Shown piece by piece: positions 40,813 to 50,967 of a stretch of DNA of 64,000 bases (position 1 is the stretch's first letter; each line of letters begins with the position of its first letter). Both the position numbers and the translations under genes were made by a program. Below the pieces are notes generated by a model, which was not told the origin of the DNA, did no database searches, and worked only from the letters and a program-made list of their open reading frames with translations. Location: IMG/VR virus record IMGVR_UViG_3300036770_001423, positions 30,297 to 94,296 of that record; one strand, given 5' to 3'. Source of the DNA: a virus.

Positions 40813-42068
40813 ATGAATAATAAAATTGAGAAGGGTTGTTTGGCTATTGTTGTGAATAGCTATTGTCCTGAGAACTTAGGTAAGGTTGTCACTGTTGGCA
40901 ATTACATCGGAACAGAAATCGGATTCTTAATGAAGGATTTGTGGGAAGTTGACAAACCGATGTTAGCATCCGATGGTAAGTATTATTTTCTTCAGCGAGA
41001 AAATTCGTTGATGAGGATTGACAACTACGACGAAGATATGTATACTCTTGAACAGATTGAGCAATTAGAGAAGGAGAAAATGGAATGAAAACAGTAACAG
41101 TTGATGCACAAAATCTGTGGTACATCTTATCTGTATATGAAAGTTTGTTGGATAAAAATAGTCCTTTTGCGTCAGGGGATTTAGCGATTATCCAAAAGAT
41201 GAAACAACAAATTAAAGATGAGGAGAACAAGTGATGAGTGATTTAATGACTGTTTGGTTTGCGTTTAACGTTGTGTTTGGTATATGGTCTGTTAAGAACT
41301 GGATTACTTGGGGTGTTGCTTTCTTTGGTGGTCACACTTTCCATCAGAACACAGCAGGTAAAATGTTAGATTTAATTGTTCTGTCAAGTTGTTTAGCTCA
41401 ATATTTAATTGTGAATGGAGGTGTTGTATGATTAAGACATTTGTGTTGATTATGGTTATTAGTAACGGCTACAAAGCTGGAGTATCTTCTGTATCTACAG
41501 AGTTTAATAGTCAAGAAGCTTGTCTTGCAGCGCTGAATACTATTATTAATGAAACAAATCGTACCAATTATACTCGTGTTGTTGGTAGTGGCTGTTTTCC
41601 AAAGGAATAAACATGAACAAAGCTCCTGCTGAAGCATTGGAAGAACTAATCATCCTGTCAGGGATGTACCGTGTACAGCTTGGATTGGTGGCTAAGCTTT
41701 CAGGGGCTATCTTAGCTAATGATAAACACAGAGCTAAGAAGTTGTGGAGTGAGATGACAGAAATTAAGAGTTATCTTTGTGACATATTCACTTGTGATAT
41801 TGAGGAATATTTGTTTAGTTACTCATGAATAGCCGTCCATACGGCTTCCATTTAACAATAACCATGATACACTATAAGTGTAGGAGGAAAGATTATGCAA
41901 GTAAAAATTCATTGGCCTAACGGTGATTATCACACGAAATCAACTTTCAGCACTACTGGTGAACACACGGATTTATTAGTGTTAGCCATGCGAGATGTAT
42001 TGGTTCTGTCATTGACATACGATGTGATTATTGACAATGGCGTAATTACTTTTGTTGAGAAGGCTTGA
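40813..42068 (+). other. Small hypothetical genes (40813-41088, 41085-41234, 41231-41431, 41428-41610, 41613-41828, 41895-42068)
   Basis: Packed ORFs downstream of TTGACA 40754. Confidence 0.55.
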
Positions 42069-42099
42069 CAACCGAGTAAAAGGTGGTAATATCTACCAC
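42065..42099 (+). promoter_or_regulatory. Sigma70-like promoter
   Basis: TTGACA-16-TAATAT with extended TG; the -10 element lies inside the GTGGTA/TACCAC dyad. Confidence 0.65.
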
Positions 42100-42109
42100 A
42101 AGTAAGTAG

Positions 42110-42595
42110 TTTTAAATTATCTGTTGGGTTCACAACACTGACGTTTTCTTAGCGGAGAACGTCAAAGCCTCTAAGGTTTGAGCTAAATACAAATCCGCTA
42201 TACAGTAAAGCACTCCCTGATTCACAGTGACATCCTGTAGTTATAAGTAGTGAACGTAGGCAATTACATACAAGGTCTTAAGACGGACTCCGAATCAGCG
42301 ACAATACAACCTTCTTTGGTGAGTTATTCGGATAAACACAATTTAAAGGGTGATGGTTTCCTGCTCCAATTGATTATTCATTATCAAAGGCAGGCTATGC
42401 AGGGTGGTGGCTTCCCTCCAGAGATAACAGATCGTAATGTGATTCTCTAGACAATTAGCATCGTGATAAATTGTATGTAATATATCTCATATAGATTAGA
42501 TAATAGCTGATAAAGATACAGGCGAACAGAGCGTAATAGCTAAGGGCTTTTCCTTACTATCACCCTATCGTCTAATGAACAGATCCGTCCAAAAT
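42110..42595 (+). ncRNA. Putative large structured RNA upstream of an HNH gene
   Basis: No ORF with an RBS; many helices, long-range pairs and pseudoknots; G.U pairs favour the plus strand. Confidence 0.55.
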
Positions 42596-42606
42596 TTGAG
42601 GTATGT

Positions 42607-43371
42607 ATGGAAACAATTAATTTATATGATTATTTAGAATTGAGAGGTGCGAGAGCCTTATCTGATGCAGAAGCTGAAGTCTTAGGTGTTGAGCTAGTTT
42701 CAGGCTGGGTGAAGAAAGCTAATGCTATAAAAATAGACAAAATAACGGCAGTACAGGCACTGTTATACGGAGCTAAAAGTAAGTCAAATAACACTTCTCG
42801 CATGAAAACAATAGCTGAAGGTTTATTGGCTGGGAAAAACTTTAGTGATTTCATAGAAGTTACTGGTCTTGATAGACACGTAAAGAAGGTAAAAGCGCCT
42901 AAAGTAAAACGTTGTAAGATGAAGCCGAGTAACGTAATAAAGAAATTGGCAAAGTTTTGTAACATGCCATCAACTGCTGACGCCGATGCTTTGTGTGTAA
43001 TAGCTTCCGATAAGCTAAAGTTTACACCAGACTGGACTAAAGGTTTGGAATTTGTTGCTGCACAACTGTTTGAAGAATCAAAGAAGTACCAACAAGAGGT
43101 TGTTCCAGACAAGTTTATTAAAAAGACGGATGACGATGAATTCTTTAGAAGTCAGGCTTGGAGAACTTTAAGGTATAACGCATTTAGTCTACATGGCAAT
43201 AATTGTCAGTGTTGTGGAGCGAAAGCGGGTAACGGTGTCGTTCTCCACGTAGACCATATTCTTCCTAGGTCTACTAATCCTGAACTAGAATATGACATCA
43301 ACAATCTTCAAATCCTTTGTGAAGATTGTAACATTGGTAAATTACACCTGAAAACTGACGACTGGCGTTAG
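42607..43371 (+). CDS. HNH endonuclease with long N-terminal extension
   Basis: FFRSQAWRTLRY, CQCCG, LHVDHI.P, NLQILCEDCN.GK; GAGGT RBS. Confidence 0.88.
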   Translation: METINLYDYLELRGARALSDAEAEVLGVELVSGWVKKANAIKIDKITAVQALLYGAKSKSNNTSRMKTIAEGLLAGKNFSDFIEVTGLDRHVKKVKAPKVKRCKMKPSNVIKKLAKFCNMPSTADADALCVIASDKLKFTPDWTKGLEFVAAQLFEESKKYQQEVVPDKFIKKTDDDEFFRSQAWRTLRYNAFSLHGNNCQCCGAKAGNGVVLHVDHILPRSTNPELEYDINNLQILCEDCNIGKLHLKTDDWR

Positions 43372-43458
43372 GTTAAGAGAAGTATATTACTGTATTAGTA
43401 TTGTAATTAGTGTAATACTCTGATAGATTAGTAATCAGAATGAATTGAGGAGAGTGAA

Positions 43459-43882
43459 ATGAATAATGAAAAATATATAGTTGTTGTATTTGATGATATG
43501 ACAGGTAAACCTAAACACTCAATCTGTGGAGGCAATGGAGTAAGTAGAGATAAGGCAGAGTTCATCATGGCTGAAGCTAGTCTACACTTAGACCATTCTA
43601 AGTATTCTCTATTTCTTGTTCCTTGTGTAAATGAACATTTTGATGAGGATGAGTAGAATGAACACACCACAAAACACATATTGGAATACTCGTGATGGGA
43701 GAAAGCTACTGATTGCTGATATGGATTTAGACCATGTTCAACACTGTGTATCTCTCATGACTAGACAGATGGGGTTCACTGTAGTTTATTACAGTTATTG
43801 TCATAGAATTAAACTGTGTGAGTTGATTACAGCTTATGAATTAGATCGAACACTAGCTGCTTTAACTGATCCTAATTTGTAG
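43459..43882 (+). other. Two small hypothetical genes (43459-43656, 43658-43882)
   Basis: RBS present; W.TRDG...I.DM...H motif in the second. Confidence 0.55.
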
Positions 43883-43891
43883 GAGGTGCGT

Positions 43892-44063
43892 ATGGAACGT
43901 TTAGAAAACTGTACAGCTCTGTATACATCACGGAATCGGTATTGAGGTAGATAGACTGAGAGATGGTGTTAAAGTGTTTAGGGCTGTAAGTTTATGTGGA
44001 AAGAAATCTCGCTGGACAGAGAACAATCTGCAAGATTGTATTAGACAAGTTGTTAAAATAATC
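43892..44063 (+). pseudogene. Possible frameshifted gene remnant
   Basis: Strong AGGAGGT RBS and ATG, stop after 17 codons; another frame stays open downstream. Confidence 0.35.
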
Positions 44064-44121
44064 ATTGACAACACAATTCATTCCGTGTAATCTATACACA
44101 ACTTGAACACAGAGGAGAGAA

Positions 44122-45429
44122 ATGATGAGTAATTACAAAGCAATTATCGCAAAGATTGATCGTGTGGCACCTATCCCTAATGCAGATCGTATTCATTTAG
44201 CCACAGTGCTTGGTGAGTCTGTGATTGTGAGTAAAGAGTGGGAAGTAGGTAAAATTGGTGTGTTGTTTGTAGCAGGTACACAGTTGTCTGAGGCATTTGC
44301 ATCAAATAACAACTTGTTCCGTGATTCTGAAAAGAACGCAGACAAAACAAAGAAAGGTTTCTTTGAAGATAGTCGCCGTGTACGAGCACAACCGATGTTG
44401 GGTGTTAAGTCTGAAGCATTCTTTGCTGATTTATCTAGCCTTTCATTTGCTGGTGACATTACAACTTTAAAACTGAATGACTCGTTTGAAGAATTTAACG
44501 GTGTAAAGATCTGTAATAAATATTTAAATGAAAAGACATTACGTGCAATTGGTAACGCGAATACAAAAGCACGTAAGAAAGATGCTACGCCATTATTTTT
44601 TGAACACGTAGAAACGTGTCAATTTAAACAGGGTATGCAAGCTATTCAGAAAGGTGACTTGGTTAGTATTCAGGCAAAAGTACATGGTACGAGTCAGCGT
44701 GTAGCTAAAACAACTGTGGTTAACGACTTACCTAAATGGAAAGAGTTAGTTAATTCATTGTTCAGCAAGGTTGGTTTACAAGTACCTTTTGCTGAGACAC
44801 GAACAGATTATGTTGTAGGTACTCGTCGTGTCGTATTGACAGAAGGTAAAGAAGGTTTTCATGGTTCTGAGCAGTTCCGCTATGAAATTCTTGAACAACT
44901 TAAACCGTACTTAACAGACGGGATGACTTTGTATCTTGAAGTTGCTGGTTACGCTAATGGTAAACCGATTATGTCTCGACACAACACAAAAGATTTGAAG
45001 AACAAAGAAATTAGTAAGAAATACGGTGACGTAGTAACATACTCGTATGGTTGTAAAGAACATGAAAACCGTGTACACGTATATCGTATTACGATTACTC
45101 AGCCTGACGGAACAGCTTTAGATTTTACACAGAAACAGTTAGTTGATTGGTGTAATGCTCGCGGTATTTTACCGGCGTTGGATGTGGTAGAACCGTTTGT
45201 TTTTGATGGTGATTATGAAGCATTAGCTGCCAAAGTTGAAGCTCTTACAGAACGTCCTGAAGTGTTAGGTGAAGATTTTATCGATCCTAGTCATGTTAGT
45301 GAAGGTGTTATTGTTCGGGTAGATCGCGGTACATTGACGCCGTTATTTCTGAAGTCTAAGAACTTCTACTTCAAAGTGATGGAAGGTATTGCTTCGGAGA
45401 AAGAAGTAGACGTTGAAGATGCCGCATAG
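44122..45429 (+). CDS. RNA ligase (Rnl2/DRB0094-like, with N-terminal OB domain)
   Basis: PIPNADRI, motif I AKVHGTS, EGVIV, KSKN. Confidence 0.85.
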   Translation: MMSNYKAIIAKIDRVAPIPNADRIHLATVLGESVIVSKEWEVGKIGVLFVAGTQLSEAFASNNNLFRDSEKNADKTKKGFFEDSRRVRAQPMLGVKSEAFFADLSSLSFAGDITTLKLNDSFEEFNGVKICNKYLNEKTLRAIGNANTKARKKDATPLFFEHVETCQFKQGMQAIQKGDLVSIQAKVHGTSQRVAKTTVVNDLPKWKELVNSLFSKVGLQVPFAETRTDYVVGTRRVVLTEGKEGFHGSEQFRYEILEQLKPYLTDGMTLYLEVAGYANGKPIMSRHNTKDLKNKEISKKYGDVVTYSYGCKEHENRVHVYRITITQPDGTALDFTQKQLVDWCNARGILPALDVVEPFVFDGDYEALAAKVEALTERPEVLGEDFIDPSHVSEGVIVRVDRGTLTPLFLKSKNFYFKVMEGIASEKEVDVEDAA

Positions 45430-45490
45430 TAGTTGACAACAAAAGCCTAGTCTGATAAGCTAGGCTTCATTGTTTACAGAGGAGAATAAT

Positions 45491-46390
45491 GTGAAAGCAG
45501 TTATTTGTGTAGGGATTAGTGCATCAGGGAAGTCTACATTTGCTAAAGAATTGGTTGCGCAAGGTTGGGTGGACGTAAACCGTGATGACATTCGGTTTGA
45601 AATGTTCTGCAATGGTGTTCGTGATTGGAGTTTGTACAAGTTTACTAAAGAACGTGAAAATCGCGTAACCCAAGCACAAGAAAGTATGGTCGATGGTGCT
45701 AGTGTTATGGGGATGAATGTTGTTATTTCTGACACAAACATTAACGACAAAACTCGTAACTTTTGGATTAAACGTCTTACAGACCTCGGATATGATGTTG
45801 AGTTAAAATACTTCGACATTGATTTGATTGAAGCGTTAGAACGTGACGCTAAACGTTCTAATGGTGTAGGCTACAAAGTAATTACAGACCAGTATCGTCG
45901 TTATATGAAATTGCGTCATGGAGATAATTATCATAAACGTAAAGAAGGTTTAGTAAGAGCTATCATTGTGGATATTGATGGCACACTAGCTGACATGGAA
46001 GGTATTCGTAAACCATTTGACTGGGATAAAGTTCACTTAGATAAACCAAGAGAACACATTATTCGGATTGTAGAAGATTACTTCTTTGAAACTCCTGAGC
46101 GATGTGAAGTAATTTTTGTATCTGGTCGTGATTCCGTTTGCATGGAGTCTACAAGACGCTGGTTATCAGAACACGTAGGGGATTGGACAGATAGTCGTAT
46201 GTTACTTATGCGCCCACAAGGAGACATGCGAAAAGATACATTAGTGAAGAAAGAGATTTACCACAAATACATCGAAGGTCGTTATAATATTGACTACGTA
46301 ATTGATGACCGAGATCAAGTTATCCGCATGTGGGAATTTGAATTAGGTCTGGATGTTATCAAGGTTGGTAAACTTCACAACGAGTTTTAG
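45491..46390 (+). CDS. pseT: Polynucleotide 5'-kinase/3'-phosphatase
   Basis: GISASGKST, NRDD.R, DIDGTL, SGR, DDR. Confidence 0.9.
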   Translation: MKAVICVGISASGKSTFAKELVAQGWVDVNRDDIRFEMFCNGVRDWSLYKFTKERENRVTQAQESMVDGASVMGMNVVISDTNINDKTRNFWIKRLTDLGYDVELKYFDIDLIEALERDAKRSNGVGYKVITDQYRRYMKLRHGDNYHKRKEGLVRAIIVDIDGTLADMEGIRKPFDWDKVHLDKPREHIIRIVEDYFFETPERCEVIFVSGRDSVCMESTRRWLSEHVGDWTDSRMLLMRPQGDMRKDTLVKKEIYHKYIEGRYNIDYVIDDRDQVIRMWEFELGLDVIKVGKLHNEF

Positions 46391-46397
46391 TACACCT

Positions 46398-46428
46398 AAG
46401 CCCAGCGAATGCTGGGCTTTTTCATTTC
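46398..46428 (+). terminator. Rho-independent terminator
   Basis: GCCCAGC-gaat-GCTGGGC followed by TTTTT. Confidence 0.85.
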
Positions 46429-46533
46429 TAACACAAATAAATTAAATATTGACATCCTCACCCGTTCGTGTAGAATAGCTCTCATTGAATCAACCGTGAA
46501 CGCATAGCAGAAAGATTAGGGAGCGAAGCAAAA

Positions 46534-49081
46534 ATGACAGATAAACTACAGAAATTAGAACGATTTGATACGTGGATTGAAAACGATAGCTGGAGCGGCG
46601 GTCAGTGGATAGGTAGAGTATATCATAAGAACGGGGATTTTATCGAAGTGTCAGAGTTACTTTCTTGGATTCAGACCCATGTTAGTGAAGGAAGTATTTC
46701 TAATGTATACTCAGACTTATTGAAAGCTTTAGGTGAAGGAGACAAACAATGAAGTTCGAATGTATCAAAGATTTTTGGATGAATGTACGTTTTGTAGATG
46801 ACTTACCTGAGCTTGCTTTCAAAGCTGGAGAGGTATACACATTCTATCGAACAGCTACACCTGACCACGTAGTAACTCACGCAGATCATACAGGCGATAT
46901 TCACTACATGGATTTAGACGAAGAATTTTTTGAATATTTTATTCAAGTGGAGGAATAACATATGCCAGCAACAATTATCACAGTAGACTTTCGTGGTACA
47001 CGTAAAGTGATTGGACATGAGTGTATCCCAAAACGCACAGCTTGGAATTGTGATGTTTGTGGGAAAGAGTATATCAACATCGAAGGTGCTGAAGATAACA
47101 TTCGTCGTATTGACATTGATAAAGATGTTATGTCAGCAACTGGAAAGAAACAGTTGACAACTACTATCAAAGTATGTGAGAATTGTTGTATTCAGATTGG
47201 TAATGTATTTAAGAAAGGAGAATAATGATGAGTGTGAAATACAACAGAGGTTCTTATCTGTGGGCTAAACAGTATTTAGTTCCAAACTTAGTTCAAGTAG
47301 AAAAACTAAACGACACAGTGTTCAGCGTTCCTGAAACGTTACAAATGGTTTCACATTTACTGCTTGGCGAGTTAGATGATTTTACTAACGGAGAAGGTTA
47401 TGATATTTATCGTAAATATGCCTTCCATGTGATGTCTACATTTCAGATGCAACTGACATCATTAGGTTACTACGAGTATGGTGATTCTGATATTCGTGAA
47501 CTGTTACCGCAACGTATTTTAGATAAAATGAATTCAGGAGAACGATGATGAATAAATTTAAAGCTGGTGATAAAGTAAGACGTATTAATGATTCTTGGGG
47601 AAACACTATAATCGGGGAAATTTATACCGTATCAGATCATGAAAGCAGATACCTATATTTAGCGCACGATACTATTAGCTATGATCCTAGTAATTTTGAA
47701 CTTGTTGAAGATGTGGTAGAATCACCATCAGAACAAGAAATTATTACAGCTTGGTTGGATAAGTTGACTTATGTTCTGGCTAAAGATTGTTCAATCAACT
47801 CAAGTCTGGATATAAATGAGCATGGTGGTATTTCTATCTTCGGAGATATATCTCAAATCACAGGTTCAACCGACATCTATCAATACATCGAGAACACATA
47901 CGACCAACTGAAGTCACAAGAAATTCAGAAGAAATCACAAAAGCTTCTGGAACAGAAAGAACAGTTAGCCAAACAACTAGCCGATATTGAAAAAGAATTG
48001 GAGAGCTTGAAATGAAAAATTTAGCGTATAGTACAGTGTTCTTTTTAATTATGAATGTGATGGTTGCTATCATCATGGATGTATCAGGGTTTGACTTTAC
48101 GTTCCCTAATCCAGATATGCCTGATGTACATGGTTATTATATTTGGTATGGTATTTTTGAGTTTGTTGTAGTGTGTTGTACTTTACTATTCTGGCTGTCT
48201 GGTTGGGACAAGCATGATTGATTTCAACAGCTTACCAGAAATATTACAGAAGTTCTTGACAGAATTGAATAAGAAGTATAAGATTGCTGCCATATCTGCT
48301 GTGGATGAGGATTTTGGTAACAAAATCTATCAAATCAGTTGTAAAGGTAAAGTGTTTTACATCTATCATCGCTTAGCTACAGATGAATGGTCATGGAAAG
48401 AACGTGGTAGTATGAGCTTTCCTAAACAATTAATGATTGAGGAGAACAGTAATGTGGGAATTGAACGACATTAAGAAATTATCAAACCAGCACCTTAATG
48501 CACTCAGGGCAAAAAGATGTGACACAGCCCGTGATTTGTCTAAAGAATTGAATGATGTGTTGACAGAGATTGATTTGATTGATAATGAGTTGAAGCTGAG
48601 GAAGGAATTGGATGGAGGTGAGTGATGAAATATTCGGACGAACTTCGCATTCGCTTACGTGATGTAATCACTAACACATGCAACACTGTTGGTTGTAGAG
48701 ATTGTGATTTGAAATGGGATGATGGTTGTTCCGCTACAGACTTAGAGGGCAGGATCTATGAAGCGGAACGTCAGGAGTATGAAAATGACAATTGAACAAA
48801 AACGTCAAGAGATTCTCGACATCTTAGAATATTTCAAATTTGATGTGATGTTCACTAATTCTGTTATGGAATTGAAGAATGAAAATGGTCAGGAATTTAA
48901 GCACTGTCATATTAGTTACGGATATGGTGATAATCATGGAGGCTATTTCTCTATATTAGAATCTGAGAGTGCTGGTAATGTTTATGACTTCCCATTATCG
49001 GGTATTCGTAGTGACGACTTTGAGAAAGTGAAGGGTGCATTCTGGTTATATTGTAAATTGGTTAAGGAGTATGTGGATTGA
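46534..49081 (+). other. Run of small hypothetical genes (46534-46752, 46749-46958, 46962-47225, 47225-47548, 47545-48015, 48012-48221, 48214-48474, 48452-48625, 48625-48795, 48785-49081)
   Basis: Overlapping start/stop codons and RBSs; two are Cys-rich. Confidence 0.6.
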
Positions 49082-50958
49082 GTGGTAATCGAATTAATAA
49101 AACGTTTCACTGTATTGCCAGTGAATTTGACGATAAAAAACCTTGTAACAGTTCTGATGCTCTGAGTATCTATCAGGAAGAAGATGAACAAGGGAATGTA
49201 ACATATAACGGTTACTGCTTTAGTTGTGGTCAAGGGTTTAGTGCTAACCATGTTCATAATAGTAGTCATGCTTTAGAGCTTGGTGTAGAGGAAGGTGTTG
49301 TTAAACACAAACATTCTTTTGCTTTGGTGGCTAAAGCAGAACCACTTACAAATGACCAGATTGGTCAACTGAAGAAGTCTATTGGTTTTACGGATCGTCC
49401 ATATCGTAGCTTGCAACCTGAATGGTTGCGTTTCTTTGGTCACATGGTAGAACGAAACAAATATGGTGAACCAGTATCAATCTACTACCCAGAAACTGAA
49501 GAAGGTAAAGTAACTGGATTTAAGATTCGTTATTTACCTAAATCATTCAGTAAGGTTGGTCGAACAGGTAAACATTCACAGTTGGCTGGTCAGTTCGTCT
49601 ACAAATCAGCAGGTAAGCGAGTGTTGATTGTTGGTGGTGAAGGTGACATGGTTGCTGCTTACGGTATGCTGAAGAAGTATGGTGTCCATGTTGTTAGTCC
49701 TACTTGTGGTGAAGGTAGTGCAGCAAGCCAATGTCAAAACAACTACGATTTCTTAGATCGTTATGAGGAAATCTATGTTGGTTTAGACAACGATACTGCG
49801 GGTAAAGAAGCTACAGAGAACATGCTGAAGATTCTACCGTCAGAGAAAGTGAAGATTGTATACTGGTCAGCTAAAGACCCACACAAGCTGTTGGAAGATG
49901 GTAGTGGTGATCAGATTATCAAAGACTTCTTCAATGCTAAGTCATATGTCGAAGCTGGTTTGAAGTCATCCAATGAAATCATGGCTGATGTAGAAGAAGT
50001 GTTGACAGCACCTAAAATCACTTTGCCGTCTTATATGTGGCGATTAGAAAAGATGATGAAACGTGCATTCTCTACCAACGGTAGGATTGTCAACATCATA
50101 GGTTCTACATCGTGTGGTAAGTCTACACACGTAAACAATATGATCTATCACTGGATATTCGCTGAAGGAATGAAACCTTTAATCATTTCTCTTGAAGCCA
50201 CCGCTGGTGAATATGCTGTAGACTTATTATCTTTACATATGCAGAAGAACCTTGACTGGTTTGATGACGGTATGGATGCTTGGAACTACTTACAACGCGA
50301 CGATGTGAAAGCGTTGAATGAGAATCTATTCCACGATAATGAATACAATGAACGTTTCCGTATTCTTGATGATCGCGAAGGTAACATTGAATCACTGAAG
50401 AAGTTGATTGAACGTGGTGTAAAGCAATACGATTGTAATATTGTAATTATTGACGTTCTGACAGACTTGGTTCGTTTTCTACCACAAGATGAGCAAGAGA
50501 AGTTCTTGGCTTGGGAAAGGAACTTTGTTAAGTCCGGTGTGAGTATCGTAAACGTATTACACACGAAGAAGCCTGAGCGAGACAAGGAAGGTAAACTTCG
50601 TAAGACAACGGAGTACGATGCTTTAGGTACAGGATCTTTCGTACAGTCAGCTCATATTAACATTGTTATAAATCGCGATAAGATGGAAGCTTGTGAAATT
50701 GAGCGCAATAGCACATACGTAGAAATGCCGAAGTGTCGTAGAGGAACAACAGGTGATGCTGGTGTATGGTATTATGACGGTGCTACACGACAAGTGTATG
50801 ATAGAGATGATTTCTTTAGTCAGAGTAGGCAAGTAAATCCTGAATACGTACAACAACCAGTTATTTTGGATGAAATACCTATTCCGCCATTCGACCCAGA
50901 TACAGCAGAACCGGAACCTCCTTATGACGAAAGTGAGGTATTTGAATCAGATTTTTAA
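49078..50958 (+). CDS. Primase-helicase (Zn finger + TOPRIM + DnaB-like)
   Basis: CFSC, GGEGD, LDND.AG, KDP, GSTSCGKST, SLE, KCRRG.TG. Confidence 0.9.
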   Translation: MSGNRINKTFHCIASEFDDKKPCNSSDALSIYQEEDEQGNVTYNGYCFSCGQGFSANHVHNSSHALELGVEEGVVKHKHSFALVAKAEPLTNDQIGQLKKSIGFTDRPYRSLQPEWLRFFGHMVERNKYGEPVSIYYPETEEGKVTGFKIRYLPKSFSKVGRTGKHSQLAGQFVYKSAGKRVLIVGGEGDMVAAYGMLKKYGVHVVSPTCGEGSAASQCQNNYDFLDRYEEIYVGLDNDTAGKEATENMLKILPSEKVKIVYWSAKDPHKLLEDGSGDQIIKDFFNAKSYVEAGLKSSNEIMADVEEVLTAPKITLPSYMWRLEKMMKRAFSTNGRIVNIIGSTSCGKSTHVNNMIYHWIFAEGMKPLIISLEATAGEYAVDLLSLHMQKNLDWFDDGMDAWNYLQRDDVKALNENLFHDNEYNERFRILDDREGNIESLKKLIERGVKQYDCNIVIIDVLTDLVRFLPQDEQEKFLAWERNFVKSGVSIVNVLHTKKPERDKEGKLRKTTEYDALGTGSFVQSAHINIVINRDKMEACEIERNSTYVEMPKCRRGTTGDAGVWYYDGATRQVYDRDDFFSQSRQVNPEYVQQPVILDEIPIPPFDPDTAEPEPPYDESEVFESDF

Positions 50959-50967
50959 GGAGATGTA

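Noticed and set aside
42110-42595. Group I/II intron, or the 66-aa ORF 42250-42450
   Set aside because: No interrupted exons and no canonical core or domain V; the GTG ORF lacks an RBS.
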